DNA of 63,930 nucleotides, the filler included, from Nemertoderma westbladi (Eukaryota; Animalia; Xenacoelomorpha): assembly GCA_032718475.1 (NCBI GenBank). It is 4 parts of 4 records of this genome, joined end to end, with 100 filler letters (N's around TTAATTAATTAA, not from the genome) between each part and the next. Parts side by side here need not be neighbours in the genome. Positions count along the whole stretch, not along the records: positions 40,671 to 60,955 come from JAUCBJ010003932.1; positions 61,056 to 63,930 come from JAUCBJ010001452.1; 2 more parts are not named here. The stretch is one strand, 5' to 3'. Numbering within the stretch: position 1 is the first letter of the stretch; each line of letters opens with the position of its first letter. Shown in pieces: positions 47,859-61,579 of the stretch. The notes beneath the pieces were generated by a model. It was not told the origin of the DNA. It saw nothing but the letters and a program-made list of their open reading frames with translations, and made no database searches. The translations under genes and the position numbers were made by a program.

Positions 47859-49109
47859 TGAAATGGATACGTACTAAAAAGCGGAAACACCTGGACAGCC
47901 AAAGCACAAATAATCCTGCGCCAGCTTGGTGCAAAGCCCTGGCGCTGGCACAACACATTCATTGACATCTCTGCGCACAGCCCTTTCAGCACCGTACATA
48001 CAGTCTTACTCTGCGTAGCACATTTCTGTGCCAGCCAGCCTGCCCCCGACGCAAGTTGAAATGCTGCGTGCGCTGAACGTGTTCGGCGTACCGGTACATG
48101 TAAAACTTTTCAATAGGGCCTGGAAACACCTACCAGTAATTTTAAGGCCGGAATCCTGGGGAATCATGTAGAAACATCTAGATTTATCACGAATGAGGCA
48201 GAAAACAATGGCTGGCTGTTTTTCTGTGCCTCAAAAGTGGCAGAAAATGTGGCAGAAAACAATGGCTCGCTATATTTCTGTATTTCAGAGTTTAATCGGA
48301 ATCGTTCATAGTCTAGTCTAGTAGCGGTACCAGTACAACTCAGTCTGTCAGTGTATTCCACTACATTCAGACATTACTGGCGGAATTGTTATCAATTCTG
48401 CAATTTAAAATCTTTAAAACTAGGTAAGCCTATTCCTAGCTTTTCCAGGTGTTTCCGCTTTTTAATGTTTTACTATGTAATGTGCAGACGTAGGCCTAGC
48501 CTACCTGATAAATGTTAGGCCCTATACTGCTATATAAAACAGTAAAAACCATGTAACCAGGTAACGGAATATGGAATGCTGCTACTACAGTTGTTTTATA
48601 CAGTACCGGCAAAGTAAGCTGACAGCCTGACCACTGACAGTCAATAGGCCTACCTAGTATCCTAGAGTTCTCTGCAGGACAGCTCAGTTAGTGGATTCCC
48701 AATGGAAAATTCAAATTTCCCACTCAAACACAAGCGACTTACGGTGGAGAGGTGTAGATAGTTATATTTGGGCAGTGATTTTTTATGTCAATTTATTTGA
48801 CTTTTTTTGTCACTTTTTTTTTACGAATTATGCATAATGACTTTTGTTGTCCATTTAATGACTTTTATTGTCACTTTTTATGTATGTATTTCTTCAAACT
48901 GTCAGACTGATGATTTCTGGACTGTCAGACAGTTGATTTCACTATGCCTGTGCCAAAACATTCCATGATTCCATGATTTATAGACTATGATATAGATTTC
49001 CATATGCGCCTGTGGTAAAAAAGACTCTATATTTAATAGTTTGTGGTTGTTGTCGATAATCGATTACCACATGACGTAGCAAAACACTCATTTTATAGCC
49101 AAAAACAAT

Positions 49110-50232
49110 TACCAATTGATGGAAAGGAGCAGGTTAAGGCCGAGTTTTCTAACCAAAACAATAAACAGTCACTTTACCAAATCAGGGAAAGGAGCAGGTT
49201 ACAGAGACGGGATTTTCTAACCAAAACAATAAACGATCATTTAACTAATTGAGGGAAAGGAGCAGGTTACAGAGACGGGATTTTCTAACCAAAACAATAA
49301 ACGATAACATTACCAATTGAGAGAAAGGAGCAGGTTACAGAGGCGGGATTTTCTAACCAAAACAATAAACGATAACATTACCAATTGAGGGAAAGGAGCA
49401 GGTTACAGAGGCGGGATTTTCTAACCAAAACAATAAATGATAACATTACCAATTGAGGGAAAGGAGCAGGTTACAGAGGCGGGATTTCCTAACCAAAACA
49501 ATAAACGATCACTTAAACTAATTGAGGGAAAGGAGCAGGTTACAGAGGCGGGATTTTCTAACCAAAACAATAAACAGTCACTTTACCAAATCAGGGAAAG
49601 GAGCAGGTTACAGAGACGGGATTTTCTAACCAAAACAATAAACGATCATTTAACTAATTGAGGGAAAGGAGCAGGTTACAGAGACGGGATTTTCTAACCA
49701 AAACAATAAACGATCATTTAACTAATTGAGGGAAAGGAGCAGGTTACAGAGACGGGATTTTCTAACCAAAACAATAAACGATAACATTACCAATTGAGAG
49801 AAAGGAGCAGGTTACAGAGGCGGGATTTTCTAACCAAAACAATAAACGATAACATTACCAATTGAGGGAAAGGAGCAGGTTACAGAGGCGGGATTTTCTA
49901 ACCAAAACAATAAACGATAACATTACCAATTGAGGGAAAGGAGCAGGTTACAGAGGCGGGATTTCCTAACCAAAACAATAAACGATCACTTAAACTAATT
50001 GAGGGAAAGGAGCAGGTTACAGAGGCGGGATTTTCTAACCAAAACAATAAACAGTCACTTTACCAAATCAGGGAAAGGAGCAGGTTACAGAGACGGGATT
50101 TTCTAACCAAAACAATAAACGATCATTTAACTAATTGAGGGAAAGGAGCAGGTTACAGAGACGGGATTTTCTAACCAAAACAATAAACGATCATTTAACT
50201 AATTGAGGGAAAGGGGCAGGTTACAGAGGCGG
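49110..50232. repeat. 68-69-bp minisatellite, about 16 copies, with higher-order repetition
   Basis: Unit GAGGGAAAGGAGCAGGTTACAGAGGCGGGATTTTCTAACCAAAACAATAAACGATAACATTACCAATT. Confidence 0.96.
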
Positions 50233-51327
50233 GCCTTCTGTGCTGTTGGAAGTAGTGGAGCCGCTATCCGTAACACTACTCAGACAGTAGTCATGATCCA
50301 TTATTGATTATAAAACTAATACAGTAAGGCCTAAATTATGTGAAAGGTATATCCACATTTTCCACAATCCTGCAATCCAGTTTCGCCTATCAATTATTTA
50401 AAATTTATTAGCACAACCGGTAGGCCTACCATTACCGTATTTAAATGGTAGGCTACACAGTAGGCCTATAGCAGTACCAGTGCCGGTACCGGTACTAAAA
50501 TACAGAAATACCTGCTTTATACCTACATCTGTACATACAATACAGCAAAATAGTGCTATATATATACTAACCGGTACTGATAGCCTGAGAGAACAGCAGT
50601 AATTTGTAATTATATCCACATCTACATCATCATGATTCTTTTTAGTGTGCACTCCCATAAAAACTTATGTGTTCAAACCAAACCGTTTCTCATCTATTGT
50701 TTTTAGTATACAATACCATAATTTTAAAGTCCTACAGCTACACCTTACCGTAATCTAATATTTCAAACGATAAAACCGAATATTCTACAGTATAGGCCTA
50801 CTGTAATTAATTATAAATAATGAATAAATTTGTAAATACTTGTTTCAGTTTCGATTGTACTGTTGTGTGTAACGTTTAACGTATTGCCTATGTTTTTAAT
50901 ATTTTTACTGTATTTTGATGTCAATAAACAATTCCAATTCCAATTCCAGTAGAGAAACCGGTAGCATGGAACCTAACATTAGACTTTTGGATGACATAAA
51001 AAATCAAAAAAAATTGACAAAAAAAAAGGATAAAAATGGACAATAAAAATTATTGCGTTATATTTGCATAAACAGTCAGACAGTACAGCAGTAGGACTTC
51101 AAGTTCAAACTACCTACTCACAACACAACTGCTGAACTGTACAAACTGCAAGAGTCCGACTAACAGACTGAGAGCATGCAAGCTGCAAGGTACCAGCAGA
51201 CCAGGCCGATAGTAATAGCTTGTAGTCGGCACTCATACTCATATAATCTAGCAATAGCAGTTGCTTTTTAATTTCTATCATAGCCTTATTAATTTCTGCC
51301 GTGGCTTTTTAATTTCTGCCGTGGCTT

Positions 51328-51330
<3 letters not shown>

Positions 51331-51362
<32 letters not shown>

Positions 51363-52260
51363 TTTCTGAACAGTTTACTACATTTCTACATACAATGTAG
51401 AATGTAGACGGTGGTTGGACGGGTAGGCCCATTACACCAGCCACCGTTAGCACTCAACAATTGTTGCTGCACTAAGAAACGCGCATTACAAAAACAAATA
51501 ACCGACAAATCTACTGTGCGATCGAGTATCATAGTAATCAAGCGTAAGTAATTGCAACTATAAAACAACCAACCTACTGTAGTTACGATTATACTGCATT
51601 ATACTGCAATAATTATATAAGTGCACTTTTAATTATAGAGGAATAATCCTAAACAATACATATCTAATTAGTTGGTGTGGAAACGAAAATAGAAAACTGA
51701 ATTCGGATACAAACCTAAAATTGAAATATAAAACAAAGTTCTAACTAAGATAATATCTATGCAACAACAATACGGTACTCTATATACAGTGATCTGTATT
51801 GTAAGCATCTATCTAACAATACGGTACGTAATCTAATATATTTGTAACAATAGAAAGTGTAACAGTTTTGTTTAGCGTGTACATGTAAAATAGAAAATAC
51901 ATAAACAATAATAAAATGCATGTAGAAAACACAGTGTTATTGCTCTGAAGCGAGCAGTTTAGTTATGGCGTTTTTAAATAAATTTACTGAATTAGCGTTC
52001 CTCTATACGGCATATTTTACAAGGGTGGTTAACCAAAGTGGGAATTAGTTTGCGGATAGCCATTATAGAAAAATATTGTAAAAATATGGGCTATACAATG
52101 TACATGCAGATTATGTATACGGTAATACATACATATTAACATAAGATTATTATTAAGATATGTAATAGTATAATGTGTAATCCTAGTAATAGTATAAGTT
52201 GACTTAATAGAATACGAGGTTAATTCATTTGTTTATTTAACTGGTTACCTATGGTTACCT
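51331..52260 (-). mobile_element. Probable LINE 3' fragment inserted in the right TIR repeat array
   Basis: (TTTA)n tail at 51331-51365; the TIR repeat TGGCTTTT is interrupted here and resumes near 52260. Confidence 0.65.
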
Positions 52261-52739
52261 GGCTTTTTAATTTCTGCCGTGGCTTTTTAATTTCTGCCGT
52301 GGCTTTTTAATTTCTGCCGTGGCTTTTTAATTTCTGCCGTAGCTTCTTTAATTTCTGCCGTAGCTTCTTTAATTTCTGCCGTGGCTTTTTAATTTCTGCC
52401 GTTCCTTTTTATATCCTGTGACAGTTATGGGCCACCGTATATAACAGATACAACGGTAGCTATAAGAACATCGGGCCTCTATCCCTACCAACATCGGTAG
52501 GTAACTCTATGAGATAGATTCAGGGAATACAAAAATACTGGAACTTTACAATGGAAGGTTTGCGGCCTCGTCACTGTAGAAAATCGCAACAAGGGGTTGT
52601 CTAACAATACCTCGCTAGTAGTTGGCCCCAATTATCTATGGGGGTAAAGGAAAAAGGAATTGTACAATCAGAATTATAGCGGTGACACAAGTGTTGATGA
52701 TATCGAAATGATATAAATTGTAGAATTAGAAACCTAATT

Positions 52740-54540
52740 GGTGATAATAATGTATCGGGTACAAATTGTGCAGGTTATCGAGAGGTATTGTCGCCTCGTA
52801 TAATACACGAGGCATTGTTGCGTTTAAAAAACGCCAAATCAGATGTCAGTTATAGCTTTGACTCAGGGTCTTTAATTAATGGTGGCCATATTCTAGAACA
52901 TAATTTATCTATATTATTTAACTCATTTCTTTCACATGGATTGGTGTCAAAGTGTATTTTATTGGTTTCTATTATTCCGATCATTAAAAATAAATTAGGC
53001 GATATATCTGATGATAAGAATTACCGTGCAATTGCAATATCTTCTTTGATTCTGAAAATTTTTGAATGGGTATTATTATTAAGTGAAGGCGATAAGTTAT
53101 GTTTTGATGACTTACAATTTGGGTTCCGTCCAAATTCTAGTACTGTAATGTGCAGCTGGTCGGCTTCGGAAGTAATCAATTACTATATGAGACACTCATC
53201 GCCCGTATTTGGTTGTTTGTTAGACTTAGTTGCCTCATTTTTATATACAGAAACCAAGTTTGTGCAGTAAAATGGTTGAATTGCAGTTCTTTTAATTTTT
53301 TCATTTCTAATGGGGTCAGATAGGGTTCTGTCTGCTCACCGACATTGTTTGCTCTGGTGTTAAATATTCTAATTAAATCTCTACGTGACTCCAAAGTAGG
53401 TTGTTTTATAGGGAATTATTATTTTGGTGTTTTGGCATACGCCGATGATGTATTGTTATTGTGCCCATCGGTGGTTGGATTGCAATATATGGTCGATTTA
53501 TGTCAAATTTTTTGTGCTAAATATAACTTGCGATTAAGTACAAATGTTGATCAGGATAAATGCAAATGTAAGTGTATACCATTTAATTTTAAGTGGAGTC
53601 CACCCGGTGCTAGGATTAGAGTAGGTACAATTCTTCTCCCATGGGCAAGAGAAGCTGTTCACTTAGGTATTACACTTGACTTTAAATGCACTTTAGCCAA
53701 GGAAATTCTACGTAAACGCGGCCAGTTTATTGGGAAACTCAATAACATTAGGCAAGAGTTTGGCTTCTCGCACCCTGGTAATCTAACATATCTACAAAAG
53801 TTATACACTGTGTTTTTATGGTATTAATACATGGAATTTATGGTCCGATGAATGTTCTAGAATCTTCACCAGCTGGAACATTAACGTTAGGATTATATGG
53901 CAGTTGCCTTATAATGCACATAGGTATATTGTCCAATAAATTGTAGGATTTATACATCCATGGGTTATTTTATGCAAAAATGTTGTTGGTTATTGTAGGT
54001 CTATTTTTAATGCTGATAGGATGTTTATTAGATTCCTAGCTAACTTAATGATATTTGATTGTAGGAGTATTAGTGGAAGTAATTTACGTCAGATTGGTAA
54101 TGAGTGCGGGGTGTCGGATCTATCGTTGTTGTCCACCCGTACTGTAGACAATAAACTATCATATGTACGCACTCCGCCGGGTGAGGAGTGGAGAGTTAAT
54201 AGCTGCAGAGAAATCGTAAACTCAATTGTAGGTGTAACTAATATACCTGGTTTTACGCATGATGAGCTTAGAGATATTTTGAATTATATTTCTTCCACTT
54301 AAAGGACTATAGCTTACTTGTTATATTTTTTTCTGTTTTGTTATGTTCTGTTTGGTTTATATTAAGTCTTGCTGTATAATTATTGTGCCTATCTTTCGTT
54401 CACGTGAAATTTAAATGTAGCTAAATTTATATATTATGCACTATTATCACTCTGTATGTACGCTCTACTGTACCTGTGCTATTTACTTGGTATTGCTGTA
54501 CTTATATGTGTTTGCCCACGTTATAATGTACGAAAAGAAA
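52740..54540 (+). mobile_element. Degraded LINE (RTE-X-like) reverse transcriptase
   Basis: SDDKNYRAIAISS, LQFGFR, GVR*GSVCSP, LAYADD, HLG, with stops, frameshifts and a deletion. Confidence 0.75.
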
Positions 54541-55189
54541 GAATAATAATAATTGTAGTTACTGTGCGTTGCGCATTATTAATTAGATAGGCTGGGCTAT
54601 ACATTTTATGCTATATTGTTATATATAATGGTGTAAATTTCTACTTACGAAGTGCCGAGTTTAGGCTCGTGTACGATATTAAATTATTAACACATACTGT
54701 ATAACAAGTAAACTTTCAACTTTCAAAATATACTCAGCTATAATAATCACCTACGCCTATACTACTACTACTATACTACTACAGTATTAGGTCGAGCGAA
54801 TTCAGACAGTGGAAATGAGATCCTTTCAGGCTTCCCGATTCTCCATACAGTTACAGTAGTTGCCTTTAAATAACACAATCTCTCGCATGCATCACTACAG
54901 TAACTACATTATCTATTCTATAATGGCACTAATATGGTAGACATACAAATATTATTTAGAACAGAGTAGGAAAAGATAATAAAATAGGAACTAATGTCTT
55001 GAGGATATTTACTACACTACATTATGTGGTCTTCATGCTTCTAAGTTAGTGTCTATGTTATTAGGGATTATGTATGATATATTAAATGTTAGTTCGAATT
55101 ATTCTAGTTCATACAGGCACAGCACAACTCTGTTGCTCGCACTACACAACTCCACCATCCTAAAAATGGAATGGTGGGTGGGGTTTAAA

Positions 55190-56960
55190 CAGTACTGGAT
55201 ATGTGGCACGGCTTTAAGCGATCGATAGATAGTCTGTTCGCCTGCAGGTGTTTTAGTATCACAAATAGTTTGTCTGAGCGTGTCAAAACCTTGAAGGGGC
55301 CTTGATAGGGCGCTTCAAGTGGTTTCTTAACCCGGTCAACCCGAACAAACACCTGTTCACAAGTCTGTAGTCGCGCTGGAACGTGAGTTTTTGTCGCGGT
55401 TGCAATGTGGCTATTAGAATTCTCTATTATTCGGTACTCGATTTCATGTCTGTGTAGTTTGTTTACGAAGTCCGAATTGAATGTCTCATCTGTTGGTGTT
55501 ACTACACTGGCTGGGAGGAGAGCCTTTGAGCCAGTAACAAGTTCGAGACTTCTGTTACATGGGATTCTGTGATATCGTGACTGAAGAGAATAATGGGTAG
55601 GGCGTCACACCAGTCTTCCTTTCGGGCTTTGAGTGCAGATTTCATTATTCTGTGAAATCTTTCTATCTTCCATTGGATTGTGGCTGGTATAAAGTAGTCC
55701 TCATACGCTGAAAACCAATGAGTTTGGAAATCTTAGACATGAGTTCAGACTCGAACTGTTTACCTCTGTCAGTTGTTAGATAGAGAGGTCTACCAAATCG
55801 TGAGAACCAACTCAGAATAAATGCTGCAGCTATGGATTCAGCAGTTATTGAAGTAACTGGACTTGCCTCAACCCATCCTGTATTGCGGTCTATAAAGGTC
55901 ACAATGTATCGATATGGTTGGTCGCCAGTACATGTTGGTAGGGGTCCAACAATATCGGTGTGAACGTGGGTAAATCTCTGAGTTAGTGGGAATGGTTTAA
56001 GAGGAGCCATCCAATGTTGAGGATTTTATTTTGTTGGCATGTAAGGCAGGCTCTACACCACCATTCAGTGATATCTCTCTTGGCATGCTTCCAAATGTAT
56101 CGGTCGGTTATTATTCGAAAAGTTGACTTTTATCCATGCAGCTCATTAAATATTGGTTTTCGCAGTTTTTCTGGTAGAATTGGTCGTGGATATGCAGTAG
56201 TTACGTCACAAGTTAGGTCAAGGCCAGAGGTCATGGGGAATTTTTTTTATCTGGAATGAGGTAGCTTCATCTAGAGGATCTGTCTGCTAAGCTTGAGCGA
56301 CTGCAATCTCATCTAAACCTAAAATTTCCACATGGGTCGACGAGACTTGCCGGGATAGAGTATCAGCAACAATGTTGGATTTCCCAGGAATGTATAAGAC
56401 ACAATCGAAAAATTCTGAGAGGAATGAAAGCTGTCGCTGTTGTCGTGGTGAAACAGTGGTTTGTTTGTAAAATGCTGAAACAAGGGGTTTATGGTCGGTA
56501 ATGTCACATGTTTTCCTTCCAAGGCGTTCTGGAGATGTTTGGTTGCTTCATAAAGCTACAAGGAGTTCCCTATCGTATGTAGACCATGTTGATTCATTCT
56601 TAAAGAGTTTCCGTGAATAGAATGCTAATGGAATAGACTTATCGGCACCAGCCACCTCATGTAGGGCGGCGCCAATTGCGACTTCCGATGCATCCGATGT
56701 GAGGGACAGGGAAAGGTTACAATCATCCAGAGAAGGATAGTGCAATGTGACAGCATTTGTGAGAGCTTCTTTCAGCTTGTTATATGCTTCGTCGTGTATT
56801 GTTCTGCACTCATTGGTGTTTTGGCATGTTTTGATGGTTGGGTAGAATTGAGTAATTCCTGGAGTGGGTTTATAATTAGACTAAATTCTGGAATGTGACG
56901 ACGATAAAAGGAGGATATCTGGAATGCGACGACTGAAAGTACTGTACATCCCAACAATTC
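55190..56960 (-). mobile_element. Degraded Ty3/Gypsy pol (RT end, RNase H, integrase)
   Basis: FYRRHIP, TSDASEVAIGAAL..LAFYSRKL..STYDRELL, VHTDIVGPLP, TTDRGKQFES, YQPQSNG. Confidence 0.88.
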
Positions 56961-56985
56961 GTCTTAGTTCAGAGTAGTACAGTTA

Positions 56986-57539
56986 TAGAGCCTGAAGCGG
57001 TTAACCGGTTAATTCAAACTAATTGCTTAGAAATTAATTAGAAATTAATGTCCCATTTCAGGTTTTCAGGTTCTGTTACCAGTTTTATTACCTGTATGAT
57101 ACGATTTTTATGTGTATTTCCCATTGTGAAGTTTCAGAAATTCATTTTGTACTGTATGCAGCTGTAGGACTACAGTACAGTAATTCATACCTACACTATA
57201 GTACTGGTGGCTCAATCACAATAGAGCAAGAGACGTACTTAACAGTATTGCAAGTTGGGACGTAAACCTATTAGCTTAGCTTACATAATAAATATAGGAC
57301 TACATACCGGTACTGTAGCTGCTTTGGGGACTGTCAGCATTATAACTTTCAGTTCCATACTACAGTATGTACCGTACTGTAGTATGTATGTTGCAGCATT
57401 GCACCATAGGCTGTACTGTAGGTCTAGGTAGGCCTAATTCATACTTATTTTTCAACCTAAAACAAACATTTCTACTTTTTAACCGGTTAATTGGAAATGG
57501 TTAAACGATTTACGAAAAGATTAACCGCTTTAGGCCCTA
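56986..57539. mobile_element. Possible hAT-like MITE
   Basis: Imperfect TIRs TAGAGCCTGAAGCGGTTAA / TTAACCGCTTTAGGCCCTA and AACCGGTT subterminal motifs; no clean TSD. Confidence 0.55.
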
Positions 57540-58848
57540 ATTACAGTAGTAGACAATGGGCTTTAATAAATGGACGCAATGGTTATTAGGTAGGAAATAA
57601 ATTTTTTCATAACTTTGAGATAGAGCCTTTTTTTATTGCCACATACATGACGAACTGTAGGTGTAGCCTTAGCATCCTGTGAAAGACACAGCTAATTGTC
57701 TAGTTCAAATCAACCCAGTTTCAGTTTGATCGAATTAAATGCAATTAAATGGGGGAACATTTAATGTTTAGACATATGTATCCCTCTATCGGGATACTGT
57801 GGTACTGATGGTGCCTGAAATTCTTAAAAATGTAAACTTTTTGTCTTATTGATGATGCCTACTAATGTTCAATCAGACAGCTTTAAATCCGACTAAGTTA
57901 TTAGCATATCAAAATACACAGTATTTGCCATATTGATTGACCCAACCCCTTTGAAAGTGTCTTAGGCCTACTTACAGTACTGTAAAAATTTATCGTCCTC
58001 ATGCGAAATGGAGCCTCAGACCGACTGAACTCGAGCCAAAACAGCTCTAATGATTTCGATGAAATTTTCACAGCGGATGGATACCGCGATGCTAAGATCG
58101 CATGCTTGTGTCAATATTTCGACCAGGGATCGGAAAATAAACATAAACGAAAAACCACCATACTGTAGGCGCAATGATAAAAACACAATTAAACTGACAT
58201 AAACTGTACTTAAACATTAGAACCGAAATTGAATCACCATTACAAGAAAAACCCCATAATAAAATCTTACGTTGTTTGACGGTGTGCCGTTAAGCAGAAC
58301 TATAGACATTAGACATACAGTAGGCAAACAATTAATATTCTTAAAAAAGTTACAACGGGAATCGGAAAATACAGTAGATGAGGAAATTCCCAAGAAGCAA
58401 CAAGATTAGGTCGCCGGTTTACTTATATTATTATTATATTTTTTGACGGACAGAAATAATGACAGTCCCTCAATCATTATACAGTAATTAACATCGGAAA
58501 TTTTAATCCGAGCCAAGAAAACCCAGATAAAGAGAATCTTAGTTAGGACTTACAATAAGGATACACAACAAATCTACTGTAGGCCCCTCCTCCAGTATTA
58601 TTCATATTTTAGTTCTCTCATAACAGTAATACAGTACCTAATGCAGCACATCGCACTTGTGAAAATAAGCGGCAGTGAATAAGCCATTATTTATACCAAA
58701 AATATATCAATATAATTCACCAAAATATCTATATCGGGATATTAATTCACACAAAAAATTAAATTTCAATCACTGTAGTAACCAGGCGTTTTGCAGCCAA
58801 TTGAATGCGGATGTTTTAGAAAGACCATAATGGCTACAATGCAGCCAA

Positions 58849-59492
58849 AATACAACCTACCGCAGCCACGGTGTCACTCTGTATATACCATAATACAACC
58901 TACCGCAGCCACGGTGTCACTCTGTATATACCATAATACAACCTACCGCAGCCACGGTGTCACTCTGTATATACCATAATACAACCTACCGCAGCCACGG
59001 TGTCACTCTGTATATACCATAATACAACCTACCGCAGCCACGGTGTCACTCGGTATATACCATAATACAACCTACCGCAGCCACGGTGTCACTCTGTATA
59101 TACCATAATACAACCTACCGCAGCCACGGTGTCACTCTGTATATACCATAATACAACCTACCGCAGCCACGGTGTCACTCTGTATATACCATAATACAAC
59201 CTACCGCAGCCACGGTGTCACTCTGTATATACCATAATACAACCTACCGCAGCCACGGTGTCACTCTGTATATACCATAATACAACCTACCGCAGCCACG
59301 GTGTCACTCGGTATATACCATAATACAACCTACCGCAGCCACGGTGTCACTCTGTATATACCATAATACAACCTACCGCAGCCACGGTGTCACTCTGTAT
59401 ATACCATAATACAACCTGCCGCAGCCACGGTGTCACTCTGTATATACCATAATACAACCTGCCGCAGCCACGGTGTCACTCTGTATATATCA
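58849..59492. repeat. 43-bp minisatellite, about 15 near-identical copies
   Basis: Unit AATACAACCTACCGCAGCCACGGTGTCACTCTGTATATACCAT. Confidence 0.97.
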
Positions 59493-59751
59493 TGATGCAA
59501 CCAATAAACCATCAGTCATACAATCCTTTGACACCACATGCTGCATTGTACAGCGGTTTTAAAAGTTTTGACATTTATGATCTTATTTTCATAATTAAAA
59601 CAAATTCAATTCTATACTGTTCTGACAAAATTCCAGTTACTAAAAGCAGGCTCCTACTAACAATAGGCATGGGGGTGCGAGGTTTGGAGTTTGTGTTTGG
59701 TGCCAACAGACATGTGGGGGGATGTTGGACCTTGGTTAGGTTAGTGACAGC

Positions 59752-59786
<35 letters not shown>

Positions 59787-60016
59787 TGGGTTATGTGGCG
59801 ACATGGACCCAATTACTCAGAATAGAATATTCATATTCAATCATATTTTAAAAAAAAGCGTACATTCGGTATAATGCTATTTATTATTATCGCGTCCAAA
59901 CCAATGAAACTAATTCAATTAGCACAATAATTAATTAGTCAGGCCAAGGACGCCAGACAATAACATTTCACCAAAGTTCAAAAGTTTCTCCACCCCGTTC
60001 CCCGTTCGTTCCACAA

Positions 60017-60190
60017 TCACCACGCCTCGTTGGCCCCACCCCAATCACTTGCGCCTCCAGCCGAGGGTGCAGTCTGCCCTGTGGCGGGAGTGGCAGTGGG
60101 CGCCACTGCGGCGGAAGGTGTCGTAGCCGCCCACTCGTCGCCGGCCCAGTCCTGACCGAATCCCGCAGTCGGTTGGGTCTTCATATCGGC
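60017..60190 (-). CDS. RPSA: Probable last exon of 40S ribosomal protein SA (uS2 / laminin receptor)
   Basis: Acceptor TTTCTTTATTTAATCCCGACAG, then ADMKTQPTAGFGQDWAGDEWAATTPS...GGASDWGGANEAW-stop (the DW/EW-repeat tail of metazoan RPSA); AATAAA at 59885-59880. Not in the ORF track. Confidence 0.7.
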   Translation of the reverse strand, partial: ADMKTQPTAGFGQDWAGDEWAATTPSAAVAPTATPATGQTAPSAGGASDWGGANEAW

Positions 60191-60464
60191 CTGTCGGGAT
60201 TAAATAAAGAAATAGAGGTAAAATAAAGCGTTTAGGGTAACATAATAACTTGACAGGCGAGTCTTAGTCTACTTGCCAGAGATAAACAATTTCTTTGAAA
60301 TCTATTCCAATTAAGAAATTAGATTCACAAAATATGCGAGATATTGTCGTCGTAGCGGCTCCGTTCAATCGATATTAATTCATTTTACACAAAAAACTTT
60401 ATAACTCCGGTTAAACCACCGAAACTCTCTCACTGTTTTCATTCCACGACCAACGCTGTACCTC

Positions 60465-60955
60465 CAGGCTCCACCTACTAGCCCCAGAAATCGAGGAAAC
60501 CCAGCCAAGTACCTAACTGATCTAGACTTCGTTTTCTGATTACTTAGGAGTACTCTCAGAATCACTAGAGGGAGCCCAATAGCTCCTCAGCTCATTAGTA
60601 CAGGCGTCTTCTAGTTTTTGTTAACTCAAAGAAGAATTTGACAGTTAAATTTTGAAAATTTCAAAATTTTGTAAGTTAACTTTGAAAGTCCTCAGGAAAT
60701 GTCTGATCGGGGTGAACATCAAAGGATTGTATGCTTGAGCTTGAGCATATCGGCGATCCCTGTTAGCTGGGATATGATGGAAGTCATTGAGAGCTTCGAA
60801 CATCAAATCATTGGATGGCACATTCACAAGAATGCTACGTCGGGTTCACTGTGTCAAGTAAAATGCAATACTAAGCCGCCTCCGCTTTGCAGGACATTGC
60901 TATCGCGGTGAGGACCAGCCAGTGCATAATATTGTGCTTCGGCATGCCCATTGAG
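60465..60955 (+). mobile_element. Old degraded RTE family A fragment
   Basis: Aligns by eye to 33355-33890 (GCCAAGTACCTAACTGATCTAGACTT; GAGGACCAGCCAGTGCATAAT). Confidence 0.85.
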
Positions 60956-61579
60956 NNNNNNNNNNNNNNNNNNNNNNNNNNNNNNNNNNNNNNNNNNNNT
61001 TAATTAATTAANNNNNNNNNNNNNNNNNNNNNNNNNNNNNNNNNNNNNNNNNNNNAAATTCCAACCTGTGTATCGCCGGTAGTGCTGTTGCTGTGCAAGT
61101 GCTGAAGTGCTAGTTGCCACCGGTCAGCCGGTACCGGTAGTAGGGTGGTACCTACGGTGCGCACTACAACGGCAGTACAGCAATACGGTGTACCGTGCCA
61201 ATGACTGAATGATTAGCAGTAACTATCTAAACTATTATATTATTATTACCGGTGGCGGTACTGGGCTAATTAGGCCTAAACTATAATCACCGCAAGGGTT
61301 GCCGGGGCCATGTTTAATTAGATTACATGATATGGCATGTCTGCAGTGTATGGTACCGGCTGACCTGTATTGCAGTATTGATTGATTGCAGAATTCTCGA
61401 TTCAGGAATTGAGTACAGCCTGACAGTACCGGTACAAATGGTACATGCAGATTGGCAGACAGCCCCTATGTTTTGCAAAATTTGTCAGAAAACCAGCTGA
61501 TTTATCCTACAGTAATAATAATTTAACGCATGTTAATTTTGGATAAATAAATATATTATAACTACAATAACAGTTACAC

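Larger units (their letters stand above)
44890..52439. mobile_element. IS3EU-like DNA transposon, internally deleted, with nested insertions
   Basis: Matching TIRs TACGGTGGCCCATAACTGTCACAGGATATAAAAAGGAACGGCAGAAATTAA followed by ~20-bp repeat arrays; TAC..GTA ends; 6-bp TSD TATAAC at 44884-44889 and 52440-52445. Confidence 0.8.

Noticed and set aside
49110-50232. CRISPR-like constant/variable pattern
   Set aside because: The variable parts are a few related recurring variants, not unique spacers, and the context is eukaryotic.
60040-60190. GC-rich structured RNA or HDV-like ribozyme
   Set aside because: Better explained as a coding exon with splice acceptor, stop codon and poly(A) signal.
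61056-61068. Terminus resembling the hAT-like MITE TIR (AATTCCAACCTG)
   Set aside because: Only about 12 bp at a contig edge; cannot be delimited.
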